A stretch of DNA of 64,000 nucleotides from Acidobacteriota bacterium (GTDB lineage Bacteria; Acidobacteriota; Terriglobia; Acidiferrales; 2-02-FULL-67-57). The stretch is from NCBI GenBank assembly GCA_037442885.1, contig JBBIPK010000006.1, positions 4,548-68,547 of the forward strand, written 5' to 3'. Below are positions 1-10,958 of the stretch, piece by piece. The notes beneath the pieces are model-generated. The model worked only from the letters and a program-made list of their open reading frames with translations. It searched no databases and was not told the DNA's origin. Both the position numbers and the translations under genes were made by a program. How positions within the stretch are numbered: the stretch's first letter is position 1; every line of letters starts with the position of its first letter.

Positions 1-936
1 TCCTATGACGTGAGCCGCGACGGCAAGACCATCGTCGTCACGATGAGCGACCCGCACACGCCGGTGGAGGTATATCGCCTGGCGCCCGGCAGCCCGACGG
101 CTGAACGGTTGACCTCCATCAACGCCGACTACGGCAAAGGCAAGCTCGGGCAGACGGAACTCATCGTCTACAAAGCGCACGACGGCATGGAGGTCGAAGG
201 GCTGCTGGTCAAGCCGGTGGGCTTTGAGGCGGGCAAGCGCTATCCGCTGCTCGTCATCGTGCACGGCGGGCCCTCGGGTGTGTTCGACATGAGCTTCACT
301 CCGCGCCGCGGCGTCTATCCCGTGCAGACGTTTGCCGAACAAGGGTATCTGGTCTGGCTGCCGAACCCGCGCGGCTCGGGCGGTTTCGGCTACAAATACC
401 GCCACGCCAACTACCGCGACTGGGGCTACGGCGACTACCGCGACATCATGGGCGGCGTCGACCTGCTCATCGCGCGCGGCCTGGCCGACCCCGAGCGCCT
501 GGGCGTGATGGGGTGGAGCTACGGCGGCTACATGACCTCCTGGATTGTTACCCAGACCGACCGCTTCAAGGCGGCCTCGGTCGGCGCCGGCGTCACCAAC
601 ACCTTCAGCATGTTCGGCACCACCGACATCCCCGAGTTCATGGAGGCGTACTTCGGCGGGCGGCCCTGGGAGGACTCGGAGAACTACCTGCGGCACGCCG
701 CCGTGAACTACGTGGAGAACGCCAAGACTCCCACGCTCATCCAGCACGGACAGGAAGATCGCCGCGTGCCGCTTTCGCAGGGCGAGGAGTTCTATCTGGC
801 CTTGAAGAAGGTGGGCGTGCAGGCCGAGATGGTGGTCTACCCGCGGCAACCCCACGGCATCCAGGAGCCGAAGCTGGTCGAGGATGCGATGCGGCGGAAC
901 CTCGAGTGGTTCAACAAGTGGCTGCTGGGGCAGTAG
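1..936 (+). CDS. S9-family serine peptidase (prolyl oligopeptidase / acylaminoacyl-peptidase type), C-terminal catalytic domain; 5' end outside window
   Basis: Frame is open from nt 1. GWSYGG nucleophile elbow, VHGGP, and a C-terminal acid/His region (QHGQEDRRVP, PRQPHG). Same frame as listed ORF 10..936. Confidence 0.85.
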   Translation, partial: SYDVSRDGKTIVVTMSDPHTPVEVYRLAPGSPTAERLTSINADYGKGKLGQTELIVYKAHDGMEVEGLLVKPVGFEAGKRYPLLVIVHGGPSGVFDMSFTPRRGVYPVQTFAEQGYLVWLPNPRGSGGFGYKYRHANYRDWGYGDYRDIMGGVDLLIARGLADPERLGVMGWSYGGYMTSWIVTQTDRFKAASVGAGVTNTFSMFGTTDIPEFMEAYFGGRPWEDSENYLRHAAVNYVENAKTPTLIQHGQEDRRVPLSQGEEFYLALKKVGVQAEMVVYPRQPHGIQEPKLVEDAMRRNLEWFNKWLLGQ

Positions 937-982
937 AAGAAGAAACAGAATCCTGAAACGGGAAACGAGAAAAGGCAGGGCG

Positions 983-2647
983 ATGGGTGCGCTGTCGCGA
1001 CGCAAGTTCATGCACGGCCTCACCGGGCTCGCGGGCGTGGCTTTCCTGCCCGCGCGGCGGACGGAACCTGAAACGGTTCTCTACAACGCAAACATTCTGA
1101 CTGTGGATGCGGGTCAGCCACGCGCCCAGGCGGCAGCGATTGCCGACGGGCGCTTCCTGGCCGTGGGCACGAACGACGACGTCCGGCCGCTGGCCACCCG
1201 CCGCACGCGGCAGCTCAACCTGGAAGGCAAGACGGTCGTGCCGGGATTCATTGACGCCCATTGCCATCCGGCCATCTCGGGCCGCCTCCATCTGCGCTGG
1301 GTGGACTGCGACCTGCGCTCGATCGCTGCGATTCAGGCAGCCTTGCGGGAGCGCGCGGCACAGACGCCGCCGGGCGAGTGGGTGCTGGGATTCAAATACG
1401 ACGACACCAAGACCGCTGAAGGACGGCCCCTCACGCGCGCCGACCTGGATGCAGCCTGCCCGCATCATCCGGTGTTCGTGAACCACCGCGGGGGGCACAC
1501 GGCCTACGTCAACTCGCTCGCCTTCGAGCGTGCGGGCGTGACGGAGCAGACGCCCGACCCGGCCGGCGGCCAGTTCGACCGCGAGCCCGCGACCGGGCGC
1601 TTGCAGGGTCGCATCCGCGAGCGGGCTACAGAACCCTTCTACAGCGTGATGCCCTCGACCTACTCGCCGGAGGACTACCGCGCAGGCATCAAGCTGATTG
1701 GCCGGATGATGACCCGCGCCGGCGTCACCTCGGTCCACGATGCCTACGGCTCGCCCGAAGATTTGCGCGCTTATCAGGAAGCCTATGAAGCGGGCGAGCT
1801 CTCGCTGCGCGTGTACTGCCTGATCGGGCATGCGCAGCTCGACCGGATGCTGGCCGCCGGCGTGCGCACGGGGCTGGGGAACGAATGGGTGCGGGTGGGG
1901 GCGGTGAAGCTGACCTGCGACGGCTCGATTTCGGAGCGCACGGCGCGACTCTCGCAGCCCTACGTCGGACGGCCGAATGACTACGGCATCCTGGTGATGA
2001 CGGAAGAGGAGCTCTATGCCCACTGCCGCCCGGCGCACGCGGCGGGCTGGCAACTCGGCGTCCACGCCAACGGCGACGCCGCCATTGACATCACCTTGCG
2101 GGTGTTTGAGCGGTTGCAACGCGAGCGGCCGCGGCGCGACCCGCGCTTCCGGCTGGAGCATTGCACCGTCGTCAACGACGCACTCATCCAGCGCATCCGC
2201 GCCCTGGGCGCCATCCCGAATCCCTTCTCCACCTATGTGTACTACCACGGGGAAAAGATGGCCGAGTACGGCGCCGAGCGGCTGGACTGGATGTTTGCGG
2301 TGCGCAGCTTTCTCGACGCCGGCATTCGCGTGACGTACACGTCAGATTATTTTGCCGGACCGTTTGAGCCGATGATGGCGTTGCAGTCGATGGTGACGCG
2401 CACCGATAGCCGCGGGCAGGTCTGGGGGGCGCGCCAGCGGGTGAGAGTGGAAGAGGCGCTGCGCGTCAGCACGGTGAACGGGGCGTATGCCTCCTACGAG
2501 GAACATCTGAAAGGCTCCATCGAACCCGGGAAGCTGGCTGATCTGGTGGTGCTGGGTCGCGATCCTCTGCGCGAGAATCCGTCCTCTCTGATTCAGATTC
2601 CCGTCGAGCGGACGATGGTAGGCGGCCGCTGGGTCTTCGAAGCATAA
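983..2647 (+). CDS. Metal-dependent amidohydrolase (YtcJ-like), probably exported
   Basis: FIDAHCHP HxH metal motif, HANGD, C-terminal LADLVVL. Tat-like N-terminus SRRKFMHGLTGLAGVAF. Start set at ATG 983 because the upstream part of ORF 884.. overlaps the previous gene. Confidence 0.8.
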   Translation: MGALSRRKFMHGLTGLAGVAFLPARRTEPETVLYNANILTVDAGQPRAQAAAIADGRFLAVGTNDDVRPLATRRTRQLNLEGKTVVPGFIDAHCHPAISGRLHLRWVDCDLRSIAAIQAALRERAAQTPPGEWVLGFKYDDTKTAEGRPLTRADLDAACPHHPVFVNHRGGHTAYVNSLAFERAGVTEQTPDPAGGQFDREPATGRLQGRIRERATEPFYSVMPSTYSPEDYRAGIKLIGRMMTRAGVTSVHDAYGSPEDLRAYQEAYEAGELSLRVYCLIGHAQLDRMLAAGVRTGLGNEWVRVGAVKLTCDGSISERTARLSQPYVGRPNDYGILVMTEEELYAHCRPAHAAGWQLGVHANGDAAIDITLRVFERLQRERPRRDPRFRLEHCTVVNDALIQRIRALGAIPNPFSTYVYYHGEKMAEYGAERLDWMFAVRSFLDAGIRVTYTSDYFAGPFEPMMALQSMVTRTDSRGQVWGARQRVRVEEALRVSTVNGAYASYEEHLKGSIEPGKLADLVVLGRDPLRENPSSLIQIPVERTMVGGRWVFEA

Positions 2648-2676
2648 TCTGATCTGACAGGCCGGAACGGTGCCCC

Positions 2677-3726
2677 ATGGAAGTAGTGGGGACTCTGACC
2701 CTGGCTTTCCTCTTCCTCGCAGTTGCGGGATGGGTGTGGCAGGCGGTGGAGAGCCGGAGGGATGTGCGGCGGAATCCGCCGCCCGGGCAGATGCTGGACG
2801 TGGAGGGTCGCCGGCTGCATCTGCGCAGCCTGGGCCAGGGTTCTCCCGTCGTGGTGCTGGAAGCGGGATTGGGAGGCTCATCGGTCGGCTGGTGTCGGGT
2901 GCAACCGGAAGTGGCGAAATTCACCCGCGTCGTCAGCTACGACCGCGCCGGGATGGGATGGAGTGAGCCCGCCTCGAACGGGCGCAGCGGCGCCGCGCTG
3001 GTTGAAGAGCTACGGATGCTGCTTCGAAAGGCTGGCATTCCGCCTCCCTACGTGCTGGTGGGGCATTCGTTCGGGGCATACGTCGTGGAGTTGTTTGCCG
3101 CCAGCTCTCCGAACGAAGTCGCCGGACTGGTGCTGGTGGATCCGCTGCCCGCGAGCGAGTGGTATCCGCTGACAGACCGACAGAAGGCGCGGCTGGCCAA
3201 AGGGGTGCGGCTGGCCGGCTATGCGGCCGCGCTGGCGCGGTTCGGCGTGGCGCGACTGTTCCTGGCGCTGGTGATGGGGCCCCGCTGGGCGACGCGCCTG
3301 TTCATGCTGGTGGTGGGCGTGTGCACGCTGGCGGCGGCACGAATCAATCTGCGGGCGGTGGGCGGCGGGTTGCGCGGGGCGGAGCGGATGCGGGCGGGGT
3401 TGGAGAAGCTGCCGGCGGAGGCCGTGGCACAGTTGCGAGCGCTGTGGTCACGGCCAACATACTTTCAGGCCTGGGCGCAGGAGTTGGAAAACCTGCCGGA
3501 GAGTGCGGCGCAAGTGGCAACAAGAAAGATTCCCAGGGAAATCCCGCTGACGGTGATGTCAGCGGGCAGCTCGTCGCCTGGACGGCTACGGGAGCACGAG
3601 CGTCTGGCCGGGCTTTCTGCCCGTGGCCGTCACCTGATGGTTCTGGGCAGCGGTCACCTGATTCAGTTGAACGCGCCGGCGATCGTGGTCGAGGCCATTC
3701 GGAACCTTATAATTGGTGAGGAATGA
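2677..3726 (+). CDS. Alpha/beta-fold hydrolase
   Basis: Hydrophobic N-terminus, GHSFG nucleophile elbow, C-terminal GSGHL histidine motif. Confidence 0.8.
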   Translation: MEVVGTLTLAFLFLAVAGWVWQAVESRRDVRRNPPPGQMLDVEGRRLHLRSLGQGSPVVVLEAGLGGSSVGWCRVQPEVAKFTRVVSYDRAGMGWSEPASNGRSGAALVEELRMLLRKAGIPPPYVLVGHSFGAYVVELFAASSPNEVAGLVLVDPLPASEWYPLTDRQKARLAKGVRLAGYAAALARFGVARLFLALVMGPRWATRLFMLVVGVCTLAAARINLRAVGGGLRGAERMRAGLEKLPAEAVAQLRALWSRPTYFQAWAQELENLPESAAQVATRKIPREIPLTVMSAGSSSPGRLREHERLAGLSARGRHLMVLGSGHLIQLNAPAIVVEAIRNLIIGEE

Positions 3727-3742
3727 CAGGGGCCGAGAACTG

Positions 3743-4321
3743 CTAGCGGGGTTTTTCGCCCTCTTCTTTTTCCTTCTGCTTGCGCCGTTCTTCTTCCTCC
3801 CACTGCTGCAACTCTTCCTCGGTGTAGTCGAAGGCCGGATCGCGGCGGGCAAACATCTGGCCACTGCCGGCCGAGTCAACGCGGGCAGCAGCGGCGCGAG
3901 GCGTGGCCGCCGGCCCCTGCCTACCGAGGAGCGGCTCACGGATGAGGCCGGCAGCGAGCAGCAGGTCGCTGACCTGCTCGAGAAAGTTGTGCATGTGGAT
4001 GGGCTTGGCGGCGTAGGGAAGCTTGAGCGCCTCGAGGCGCTGGCGGACGAAAAGGTCGGCGTCGGGGGGAACGAGGAAGAGCACGCGCAGGGGAGCCGGG
4101 CCCTGATCCAGCTCTTTCAGCAGGTCGAAGAAGGAGCCGGTCAGAGGGGTGAGGTTGACGTTGGTGACCAGCAGGTGCCAGCCGCCCAGCCGCAGGCGGT
4201 CGAGGCCTTCCTGGGGCTGGGAAACCTGCTCGATCTGCCAGCCCTCGCTGCCCAACACGGAGGCGAGGGCAGCCCGGCCGGCCGGGTCGCCGTCAATGAT
4301 GAGGACGCGAACCGGTTCCAT
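3743..4321 (-). CDS. Receiver (REC)-like domain protein with non-canonical phospho-acceptor position and a charged C-terminal tail
   Basis: N-terminal VLIIDGD acidic pocket and a conserved K-P (AAKPI). The position aligned to the acceptor Asp reads LLVTNVNL (Asn). Tail is EEELQQWEEEERRKQKEKEEGEKPR. Confidence 0.65.
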   Translation of the reverse strand: MEPVRVLIIDGDPAGRAALASVLGSEGWQIEQVSQPQEGLDRLRLGGWHLLVTNVNLTPLTGSFFDLLKELDQGPAPLRVLFLVPPDADLFVRQRLEALKLPYAAKPIHMHNFLEQVSDLLLAAGLIREPLLGRQGPAATPRAAAARVDSAGSGQMFARRDPAFDYTEEELQQWEEEERRKQKEKEEGEKPR

Positions 4322-4427
4322 CCTAGAACCCTGAGTCGTGCTCAGTCTAACACGAAGGGCTCCAGAAGTGCCTCCTCATGCTCGCCGCCACGAGCTGCGG
4401 GCGTGACCCCCACTTCCGCCCCTCACG

Positions 4428-4456
4428 TTGACAGTGCCGAGCGGCATCCCTATAAT
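4428..4456 (+). promoter_or_regulatory. Consensus sigma70-type promoter for rplU-rpmA
   Basis: TTGACA (4428-4433), 17 nt spacer, TATAAT (4451-4456), 30 nt upstream of the rplU start. Confidence 0.6.
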
Positions 4457-4486
4457 CAGTGGCTTACGAACAGCCGAGGAAAGGCA

Positions 4487-4801
4487 GTGTACGCAGTCAT
4501 CCGAAGCGGAAACAGGCAATACCGGGTTGAACCGGGCAGTATTGTTCGAGTGGAGTCGCTTCCGGGGAAGGTGGGCGCGAAGGTCAGCTTCAAGGAAGTG
4601 CTTGCCGTGAAGGACGAGTCGGGCCTGCAAGTCGGTGCCCCCACACTGGCAAAGGCCAAAGTGACGGGCACGATTGTCGAGCAAAGCCGCCACCCGAAGA
4701 TTCGGGTGATGAAGTACAAGAAGACGAAGCAGTACAAGATTGTGCGCGGGCACCGCCAAGCCTACACGGCAGTACAGGTGAACGAGATTTCCGCCGAGTG
4801 A
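4487..4801 (+). CDS. rplU: 50S ribosomal protein L21
   Basis: VYAVIRSGNRQYRVEPGS... KIRVMKYKKTKQYKIVRGHRQ is a typical L21. GTG start at 4487; the long upstream part of ORF 3713..4801 is antisense to the receiver gene and not credible. Confidence 0.9.
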   Translation: MYAVIRSGNRQYRVEPGSIVRVESLPGKVGAKVSFKEVLAVKDESGLQVGAPTLAKAKVTGTIVEQSRHPKIRVMKYKKTKQYKIVRGHRQAYTAVQVNEISAE

Positions 4802-4813
4802 GGCACTGAGAAC

Positions 4814-5131
4814 ATGGCACACAAGAAGGGACAGGGCAGCAGTACCAACGGTCGCGATTCGGGCGCGAAGCGGCTGGGGGTGAAGCGCTTTGCCGGACAG
4901 TGGGTGCATGCCGGCTCGATCTTGATTCGGCAGCGCGGCACGCCCATCAAACCCGGAGCCAATGTGGGGCGGGGCCGCGACGATACCCTGTTTGCCCTCA
5001 CGAACGGCACCGTCGAGTTTACCGACAAGGGCGGCCACGGCCGCTACGTCCATGTGCGACCCGCCTCCGCGCCAAACCCCGCGGCGGTGACCGCCCCCGA
5101 ACCCAGCGAAGTCGCAGCCACTGCTGATTAA
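4814..5131 (+). CDS. rpmA: 50S ribosomal protein L27
   Basis: [29 protein letters not shown]... is the canonical L27 N-terminus. Confidence 0.95.
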   Translation: MAHKKGQGSSTNGRDSGAKRLGVKRFAGQWVHAGSILIRQRGTPIKPGANVGRGRDDTLFALTNGTVEFTDKGGHGRYVHVRPASAPNPAAVTAPEPSEVAATAD

Positions 5132-5182
5132 CCTCTGCGCTTTTTTCCAGCCCTCGCTTTCGCTATCCTCATTCCCATCTGA

Positions 5183-6857
<1,675 letters not shown>

Positions 6858-6861
<4 letters not shown>

Positions 6862-7241
6862 ACAAGAACGACCTCCGGCAGGCGCTCGAGCTGGCTGTCC
6901 GCGCGGTGCAGGACAAGAAGGCCGCCGACATTGTCTTGCTCGACCTGCGAACCGCAGCTTCCTTTACCGACTACTTCCTGCTCTGTTCGGGCGCCTCCCG
7001 TCGCCAGGTGCAGGCGATTGCGGATGCGCTGGAAGAGCAGCTCGGGCGGATCGGTGTGCCCCCGCTGCACGTGGAAGGGTATGAATCGGCTGAGTGGGTG
7101 CTGCTCGACTACCTCGACTTCGTCGTCCATATCTTCAGCGAACGCGCCCGCGCCTACTACGATCTGGAGCGGCTCTGGCGCAGCGCGCAGCGCCTGCCGA
7201 TTCCTGCCGACGAGGAACCGCGGCGAGCCCAGCGCTCCTGA
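6858..7241 (+). CDS. rsfS: Ribosome silencing factor RsfS
   Basis: KKAADIVLLDLRTAASFTDYFLLCSGASRRQVQAIAD...WVLLDYLDFVVHIF. ATGA overlap with nadD. Confidence 0.9.
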
Positions 7242-7255
7242 TCACTTCGCTCCGT

Positions 7256-7324
7256 CCTGCGGGAGGGCACGGCTTTAGCCGTGCCGAAAAAGCTTCAAAA
7301 ACACCAGGCTTTAGCCACTGAGGT
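7256..7324. repeat. Dispersed two-hairpin repeat element, copy A
   Basis: TGCGGGAGGGCACGGCTTTAGCCGTGCCGAA, spacer, GGCTTTAGCCACTGAGGT. A second copy with the same architecture lies at 38011-38081. Confidence 0.7.
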
Positions 7325-7444
7325 CGCGTGGCTGCCTCGTCTTCGACCGTTGGGCACAGTCATGCAATGCGCTCCAGAGGCGTTCGGGACAATGCTGATG
7401 AAAAATCAGTGTGAATCTGTGTGCATCCGTGGTTTCATTCGGCT

Positions 7445-7861
7445 GTGAAGATTCGGCTGGTCTTTCTCGGCAAGACCCGCGACCCGCGCCTGCGCGCGCT
7501 CATCGAGGAGTACCGGAAGCGCATCCGCCGCTTCACGCCGATTGAAATCCTCGAGCCGCGCGCGGCTGAACCGGAGCGGCTGGCACAAGATGGCCTGCTC
7601 GTCCTGCTCGATCCCGCAGGCAAGGAGCTGGCTTCGGAGGAGTTGGCGCGCTGGCTCAATCGCCAGCAGGCCTCCGGCCAGCGCACGTTGACGTTCGTGC
7701 TGGGTGAGGCGGAAGGGTTCTCGCAACCGGCGCGGCGGTCGGCCCACCTGTTGCTTTCGCTCTCGAAGCTCACGTTCCCGCACGAGCTGGCACGCCTGGT
7801 GCTCGTCGAGCAACTCTACCGCGCCTTCGCGAGCTTGCACGGCCACCCCTACCCCAAGTAG
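7445..7861 (+). CDS. rlmH: 23S rRNA (pseudouridine1915-N3)-methyltransferase RlmH (SPOUT)
   Basis: VKIRLVFLGKTRDP..., C-terminal GEAEGF...LSLSKLTFPHELARLVLVEQLYRA...GHPY. Start at GTG 7445 preferred over ATG 7421. Confidence 0.8.
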   Translation: MKIRLVFLGKTRDPRLRALIEEYRKRIRRFTPIEILEPRAAEPERLAQDGLLVLLDPAGKELASEELARWLNRQQASGQRTLTFVLGEAEGFSQPARRSAHLLLSLSKLTFPHELARLVLVEQLYRAFASLHGHPYPK

Positions 7862-7865
7862 CAGC

Positions 7866-7895
7866 GGGCTATTGGTTGATTGGTTCATCGGTCAC
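7866..7895. repeat. Short tandem 7-8 nt repeat array (TTGGTTGA type)
   Basis: TATTGGTTGATTGGTTCATCGGTCACTCAGG, immediately after the rlmH stop. Related to the arrays at 8562-8662. Confidence 0.7.
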
Positions 7896-8016
7896 TCAGG
7901 AGGTAGCTTGCAGGTTGCTGCTTCTCAAAGTAGAGTGGCTCGTCTTGGGCGGGGAGGGACAGAGAAGCCATTGTCCCCGGTGGCAGGAGCCACCGGGCTC
8001 GGTGCGAACGGGCTAG

Positions 8017-8556
8017 ATGGGTCAAGAGAAGAAAAAGGGATTGATTATTGTGCACACGGGGCCGGGCAAAGGGAAGACCACGGCCGCGCTGGGACTGGCC
8101 TTCCGCGCCGTCGGCAGCGGGCTGCGCGTGCTGATGGTGCAGTTCATCAAAGGCTCGTGGCACTATGGGGAGCTCGATGCCGCGAAGATGCTGGGCGCGG
8201 ACAAGTTCGTCATCCGGCCGATGGGGCGCGGCTTCGTCAAGCTGGGCGGGGAACTGGATCCGGCCGACAAGAAAGCGGCCGAGGAGGCCTGGACATTTGC
8301 CCGCGAGAAGATTTTCTCCGGCGAGTACGATATGATTATCCTGGACGAAATCAACTACGCCATCAGCTACGGGCTGCTGGGTGTCGCGCCCGTGGTGGAA
8401 GCCCTCGAGCAGAAGCCGGACAGCTTGCACGTGGTGCTGACGGGGCGGAACGCCGCGCCGGAAATTGTCGAGATGGCCGACCTGGTGACGGAGATGCGCG
8501 AGATCAAGCATCCCTACCAGAAAGGGTTTGATGCCCAGCGCGGCATCGAATACTGA
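8017..8556 (+). CDS. cobO: Cob(I)yrinic acid a,c-diamide adenosyltransferase (CobA/CobO/BtuR family)
   Basis: GLIIVHTGPGKGKTTAALGLAFRAVGSGLRVLMVQFIKG, ...DMIILDEINYA..., VLTGRNAP. Confidence 0.9.
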   Translation: MGQEKKKGLIIVHTGPGKGKTTAALGLAFRAVGSGLRVLMVQFIKGSWHYGELDAAKMLGADKFVIRPMGRGFVKLGGELDPADKKAAEEAWTFAREKIFSGEYDMIILDEINYAISYGLLGVAPVVEALEQKPDSLHVVLTGRNAAPEIVEMADLVTEMREIKHPYQKGFDAQRGIEY

Positions 8557-8561
8557 AGGAC

Positions 8562-8662
8562 GGTTGATTGGTTTATTGGTTGATTGGTTGATCAGGGGAA
8601 AGCAGATGCGCGCTGGCGACTCACTGAGCCGATCAACCGATAAACCGATTAACCAATAAACC
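8562..8662. repeat. Inverted pair of octamer arrays forming a long imperfect hairpin
   Basis: Left arm 8562-8592 is (GGTTNATY)x4 and right arm 8631-8662 is (GATNAACC)x4. The two arms are approximately reverse-complementary, with a 38 nt loop. Confidence 0.8.
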
Positions 8663-8665
8663 ACA

Positions 8666-9577
8666 ATGGCTTGGTTCCGCCGCGAAAAGAAGCCGCTGGA
8701 GACGCCGCCGCCCGAGGCGCGTCCGGTGAAGACCGAAGGGCTGTGGGTCAAGTGCGAGGGCTGCGCGCAGATTATCTGGAAGAAGGACCTGGAAGCCAAC
8801 CTGAACGTCTGCCCGCGCTGCCAGTACCACTACCGCATCAGCGCCGTGCAACGCCTGGAGTTGCTCTTCGACGAGGGGCGCTGGACGGAGCACGATGCGA
8901 ATCTGGCCTCGAATGACCCGCTGCGGTTCGTGGACACCAAGCCCTACAAGGAGCGCCTGGGAAGCGCGCGCGACGCCACCGGATTGAAGGACGCCATCAT
9001 CTTTGCCGAGGGCACGCTCGCCGGACGGTCGGTGCAGATCGGGGCGATGGAATTCGGCTTTATCGGCGGCTCGATGGGGGCGGTGGTGGGGGAGAAAGTG
9101 ACGCGGGCGATTGAGCGCTCGCGGGAACGCCACCTGCCGCTCATTATCGTCTCCTGCTCGGGCGGGGCGCGGATGATGGAGGGCGTAATCAGTCTGATGC
9201 AGATGGCGAAGATTTCGGCGGCGCTGGCGCGGCTGGACGACGCGCGCGTCCCCTACCTCAGCGTCCTCACCGACCCCACCACGGGCGGCGTCACCGCCTG
9301 CTACGCGATGCTCGGCGACCTGAACATCGCCGAACCGGGCGCTCTTATCGGCTTTGCCGGCCCGCGCGTCATCGAGCAGACCATTCGCCAGAAGCTGCCC
9401 GAAGGGTTCCAGCGCGCCGAGTTCTTGCTCGAGCACGGCTTTCTCGATGCGGTGGTGCACCGCAAGGATTTGAAGAACTATCTCGCGCAGGCGCTGGAAT
9501 TCTGCGCCCCGCCCCCACCCCCGGAGCCGACCCGGCCGCGGCTGGAGCCGCCACCCACCGCCTCCATCCTCCCCTGA
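8666..9577 (+). CDS. accD: Acetyl-CoA carboxylase carboxyltransferase beta subunit
   Basis: N-terminal Zn ribbon CEGC...CPRC, GGSMG, carboxyltransferase core. Confidence 0.95.
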   Translation: MAWFRREKKPLETPPPEARPVKTEGLWVKCEGCAQIIWKKDLEANLNVCPRCQYHYRISAVQRLELLFDEGRWTEHDANLASNDPLRFVDTKPYKERLGSARDATGLKDAIIFAEGTLAGRSVQIGAMEFGFIGGSMGAVVGEKVTRAIERSRERHLPLIIVSCSGGARMMEGVISLMQMAKISAALARLDDARVPYLSVLTDPTTGGVTACYAMLGDLNIAEPGALIGFAGPRVIEQTIRQKLPEGFQRAEFLLEHGFLDAVVHRKDLKNYLAQALEFCAPPPPPEPTRPRLEPPPTASILP

Positions 9578-9588
9578 CGGCATCGCTC

Positions 9589-10956
9589 ATGTCCTTGACT
9601 TACCAGGAAGCGGTCCAACGGCTCGCGTGGCTCGGGCACGAAGGCCGTGCGCTGAAGTGGGACCTGAAGAACATGCGCGCGGTGCTGGCCGCGCTGGGGA
9701 ATCCCGAACAGGCCTGGCGGAGTGTCCATATCGCCGGGACGAACGGCAAAGGTTCGGTGGCGGCCCTGCTCGACTCCATCCTGCGCGCGGCGGACTACCG
9801 CACAGGCCTTTACACGTCGCCACACTTGGTGCGCATCAACGAGCGCATCCGCGTCGAAGGGGCGGAGATCAGCGACCGCGAGTTCGCCGCGGCCTTCACC
9901 GCCGTGGAAGGCATCGTCGAGGCTTTGCTCGCCCGCGGCGACCTGCGCGACCATCCCAGCTTCTTTGAAACGCTCACCGCCATGGCCCTCTGGCACTTCC
10001 GCGAAGCGGGCGTGGAGGTTGCCGTGCTGGAAGTGGGCATGGGCGGGCGGCTCGATGCCACCAACGTCATCACCCCGCTTGTCTCCGTTATCACGCAGGT
10101 CGAGTTCGACCATGAACGCTACCTCGGCTCTTCGCTCGAGCAGATTGCAGGAGAGAAAGCGGGTATCTTGAAGCCAGGTGTGCCGGCGGTGATTGCGGCT
10201 GGGCATCCGGCAGCCCTGCGGGTCATCCGCGAGCGGGCCACGGCAGTGGGCGCGCCCCTGGTGGAGCTGGATGCCGACTATCGCGTGGAATCGCTCCGCC
10301 ACAACGGCGATGGCTACTACGAAGCTGAGCTAATGGCTGCGGACGGTTTCCAGCTGCGGCTGGCCCCGGCGTTGCGCGGAGCGGTGCAGGTGCGGAATGC
10401 GGCCACGGCGGCAGTGGCAGCCCAGCAACTGGTTCGAGCAGGGCTTCCCCTGCCGGCGGAGGCTGTTGCCCGCGGAATGGCAGAAGTGAACTGGCCGGGG
10501 AGACTGGAACGGGCAGGCGAGTCGCCTGACATTTATCTCGACGGGGCACACAACCCGGCGGCAGCGCGCGAGCTGCTGCGCTTCTGGGAGGAGGGGTGTC
10601 GCGGGCGCGCCCTCCACCTCGTCTTCGGCGCGATGCGGGACAAAGCCATTGCCGAGATGGCTGACCTGCTCTTTCATCAGCCCGCCTCCGTCATCGTCAC
10701 GCAAGCCGACTCGCCGCGGGCGGCCAGCGCCGAGGCACTGGCAGCCCTTGCGCGCACCCTGAATGCGAATGTGTTCGTGGAACCTGACCCGGTGCGGGCG
10801 TTGACTCGTGCGCGCGCCCTGGCTGCGCCCCAAGACGTCATCTGTGTGGCCGGATCGTTCTATCTGGTCGGCGCGGTGAAGAAGGCGCTCCGTGCGCAGC
10901 CCGAGCGGGCGGAGAGTTTCCCGCTGGCAGCCTCCCGGCCCGGGGCGCCGGTCTAG
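9589..10956 (+). CDS. folC: Folylpolyglutamate synthase / dihydrofolate synthase
   Basis: HIAGTNGKGS P-loop, Mur-ligase-like organisation, DGAHNP. Classic accD-folC adjacency. Confidence 0.9.
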   Translation: MSLTYQEAVQRLAWLGHEGRALKWDLKNMRAVLAALGNPEQAWRSVHIAGTNGKGSVAALLDSILRAADYRTGLYTSPHLVRINERIRVEGAEISDREFAAAFTAVEGIVEALLARGDLRDHPSFFETLTAMALWHFREAGVEVAVLEVGMGGRLDATNVITPLVSVITQVEFDHERYLGSSLEQIAGEKAGILKPGVPAVIAAGHPAALRVIRERATAVGAPLVELDADYRVESLRHNGDGYYEAELMAADGFQLRLAPALRGAVQVRNAATAAVAAQQLVRAGLPLPAEAVARGMAEVNWPGRLERAGESPDIYLDGAHNPAAARELLRFWEEGCRGRALHLVFGAMRDKAIAEMADLLFHQPASVIVTQADSPRAASAEALAALARTLNANVFVEPDPVRALTRARALAAPQDVICVAGSFYLVGAVKKALRAQPERAESFPLAASRPGAPV

Positions 10957-10958
10957 CC

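Noticed and set aside
3713-4486. The N-terminal 258 codons of listed ORF 3713..4801 (362 aa).
   Set aside because: Only the last 105 codons match ribosomal protein L21. The upstream part is antisense to the receiver gene and lies upstream of a consensus promoter at 4428-4456.
8562-8662. Heptamer or octamer arrays considered as CRISPR arrays or minisatellite-encoded genes.
   Set aside because: Units are 7-8 nt and directly tandem with no spacers. That is far below CRISPR repeat length, and no cas genes are present.
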